From NCBI GenBank assembly GCA_000934665.2, contig JYFJ02000634.1, forward strand, positions 1 through 64,000: a stretch of 64,000 bases of DNA, read 5' to 3'. The translations under genes were made by a program, and so were the position numbers. The notes below the pieces were generated by a model. That model saw only the letters and a list, made by a program, of their open reading frames with translations. It was not told the origin of the DNA and ran no database searches. The stretch's first letter is position 1; each line of letters opens with the position of its first letter. Below are positions 62,408-64,000 of the stretch, piece by piece. Source of the stretch: Catajapyx aquilonaris. Lineage: Eukaryota.

Positions 62408-64000
62408 TATAACAAAACTGATTTTTTTTTGCAGTAATATCTGGTTAAACCAAACGCTTTAAAAAATAAGTTCCTTTATGTAGCCATCGTTAGTGAAAGT
62501 GCTCGTTTCGCTTTTAAAAGGCAAATCTAATCCCGCTAATATTATGATATTTTGGCGACATCCGCTGTGTTCAAATTAAACAGTATATACGTGGCGGTTA
62601 GTTATTTCTGTCCCTAACTCGATTGTTTTTTAAGAAGCTACATTTGCACCGCTATTTTTAGAGAACGTCCGAATTATTGGCCGCTAATATTAGATCGAAC
62701 GAGTTTACCATTTTAAACCAAAGCAGGAGTGTGGGCTATATGGGGAGCGGACCTCGGGTGCTACTGGGTCAAACGAGGTCACGAAAATAGAGAGGCTGCG
62801 AATTGAACGCTTGAAATGGACATAATATTTTGAACGCTTCGAAAATACCTACAGAATAATCCCCTATTCGTGTTGTGTATATATGCTGCACGTGTTGTAC
62901 AGCCAAACGGGGGTGTAAAATCAGTTTGAAACAAATATTTGCGCAAATATTTATCTCCCGCTTTGAACCCGAGCCAATCGCGTATTTATCCTCCCCACAC
63001 AAAAAAGAGAGCATAAAACCCGGGTTAAATTTAGACCACATGGAAATATTTCTCTCGCCCATTGAACTCCAAGCGACGGGCAGACACAAAGCTGACCATT
63101 TCGACCACCGGTAATTCGGGATGGCCCGACCTCAAATCCTGGTCGCTGATTGGGCCAGTGGCCAACAGCGACAAGGTCACCAGGTCACTGGCGAGAAAAG
63201 GGTGTTAAGTACCGAGCTACGTTGCCAAAGGTCGGTCCCAAAGATAGGACCAGTCCACCTGAGAGGAACCGGGTGCTCCGCTACTCGGCCGAGTTGAGAT
63301 TTTTTTTCATCTTAGAGTTTCCGCAGTATGTGAGAGGCAGCAGATGGCGGCTCATTTGGAGAGTAGGTAAAGCAGCAGAAGCAGCAGGCCCAGCCAACCT
63401 GCATGCCTACCTCACACAGATCGATGCCATCGATTCCAGGCCCCCAGCACCAACTCTCTCTATACCCCTGGCCAGGAAAAGCAGTTTGAGCCAGGAAAAG
63501 CAGTGTTGTAAAAGACAAAAGATATGTGCATCCAATGGTTCGGCCCCATTACACGACAGCTCATCCGACTATTTCCAGGGACCTTCTCATGGCAACCCTC
63601 GAAATAGTTTGGATTCCACAGGATCTGGCAACAAGTGGGGGGCTATCAGTCTATAAAAAACAACAGCGCTATCTCTCCATGTCGCGGTAATAGCTACCGG
63701 CATGCGGCTCATTAATTAATTAGCGGGGAAGGGACTGGATTCCAACCATTGTTATTTAGGTTGAAGGGTTTCGGGTTGCCATTACCCCAGGGCATGGACA
63801 CGCCCTGTCTCGTTACATATTTTTAAACAAAAATTAAATTCGCGGCACGGAGTTGACACTAGGGAGAAAAAAAGGGGTGGGGCACATATGTTGCAGAAAA
63901 GCTATAGTCCTTCTTAGTTGATAAGCAGCTACAGGCGCTGCCATTTGGCTGGTGGCGGTCTCAGCAGCGTGTATGTTCCATTCACGAGTAGTTGAGATCA

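Noticed and set aside
56077..63656. ORFs upstream of SK (for example 56077-56679 and 63150-63656) and the SK promoter / non-coding first exon
   Set aside because: Composition is non-coding-like, and no promoter or upstream exon could be located with confidence.

Overview
Eukaryotic genomic DNA with spliceosomal GT-AG introns and abundant repeats. It is probably arthropod, judging from the insect-like SK sequence, TTAGG-type repeats and an arthropod-type SINE. No prokaryotic features or CRISPR arrays were seen. About half of the window (21.7-53.3 kb, minus strand) is a small-conductance Ca2+-activated K+ channel gene (SK/KCNN). I reconstructed 12 coding exon positions with consistent splice phases (2703 nt, 900 aa), including two 136-nt mutually exclusive pore exons. 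The intron downstream of these exons holds a perfect 19-bp long-range complementary pair. There is also a candidate cassette exon in the S5-P loop, and a decoy copy of the terminal-exon start lying between two inverted TE copies. The left 19 kb is a rearranged accessory region. It contains two damaged TPR (KLC/nephrocystin-3-like) copies and a spliced ankyrin-repeat + eIF2-alpha-kinase-family fusion gene with a non-canonical architecture. It also contains a small single-TM ORF sharing its 5' module with the TPR gene, and a Helitron helicase fragment abutting a deleted copy of the SK 3' end. That copy carries a perfect 41-bp hairpin complementary to SK mRNA. The rest is MITEs, Helitron/DINE-like elements, a SINE and satellites. 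Family assignments come from motif recognition, not database searches.
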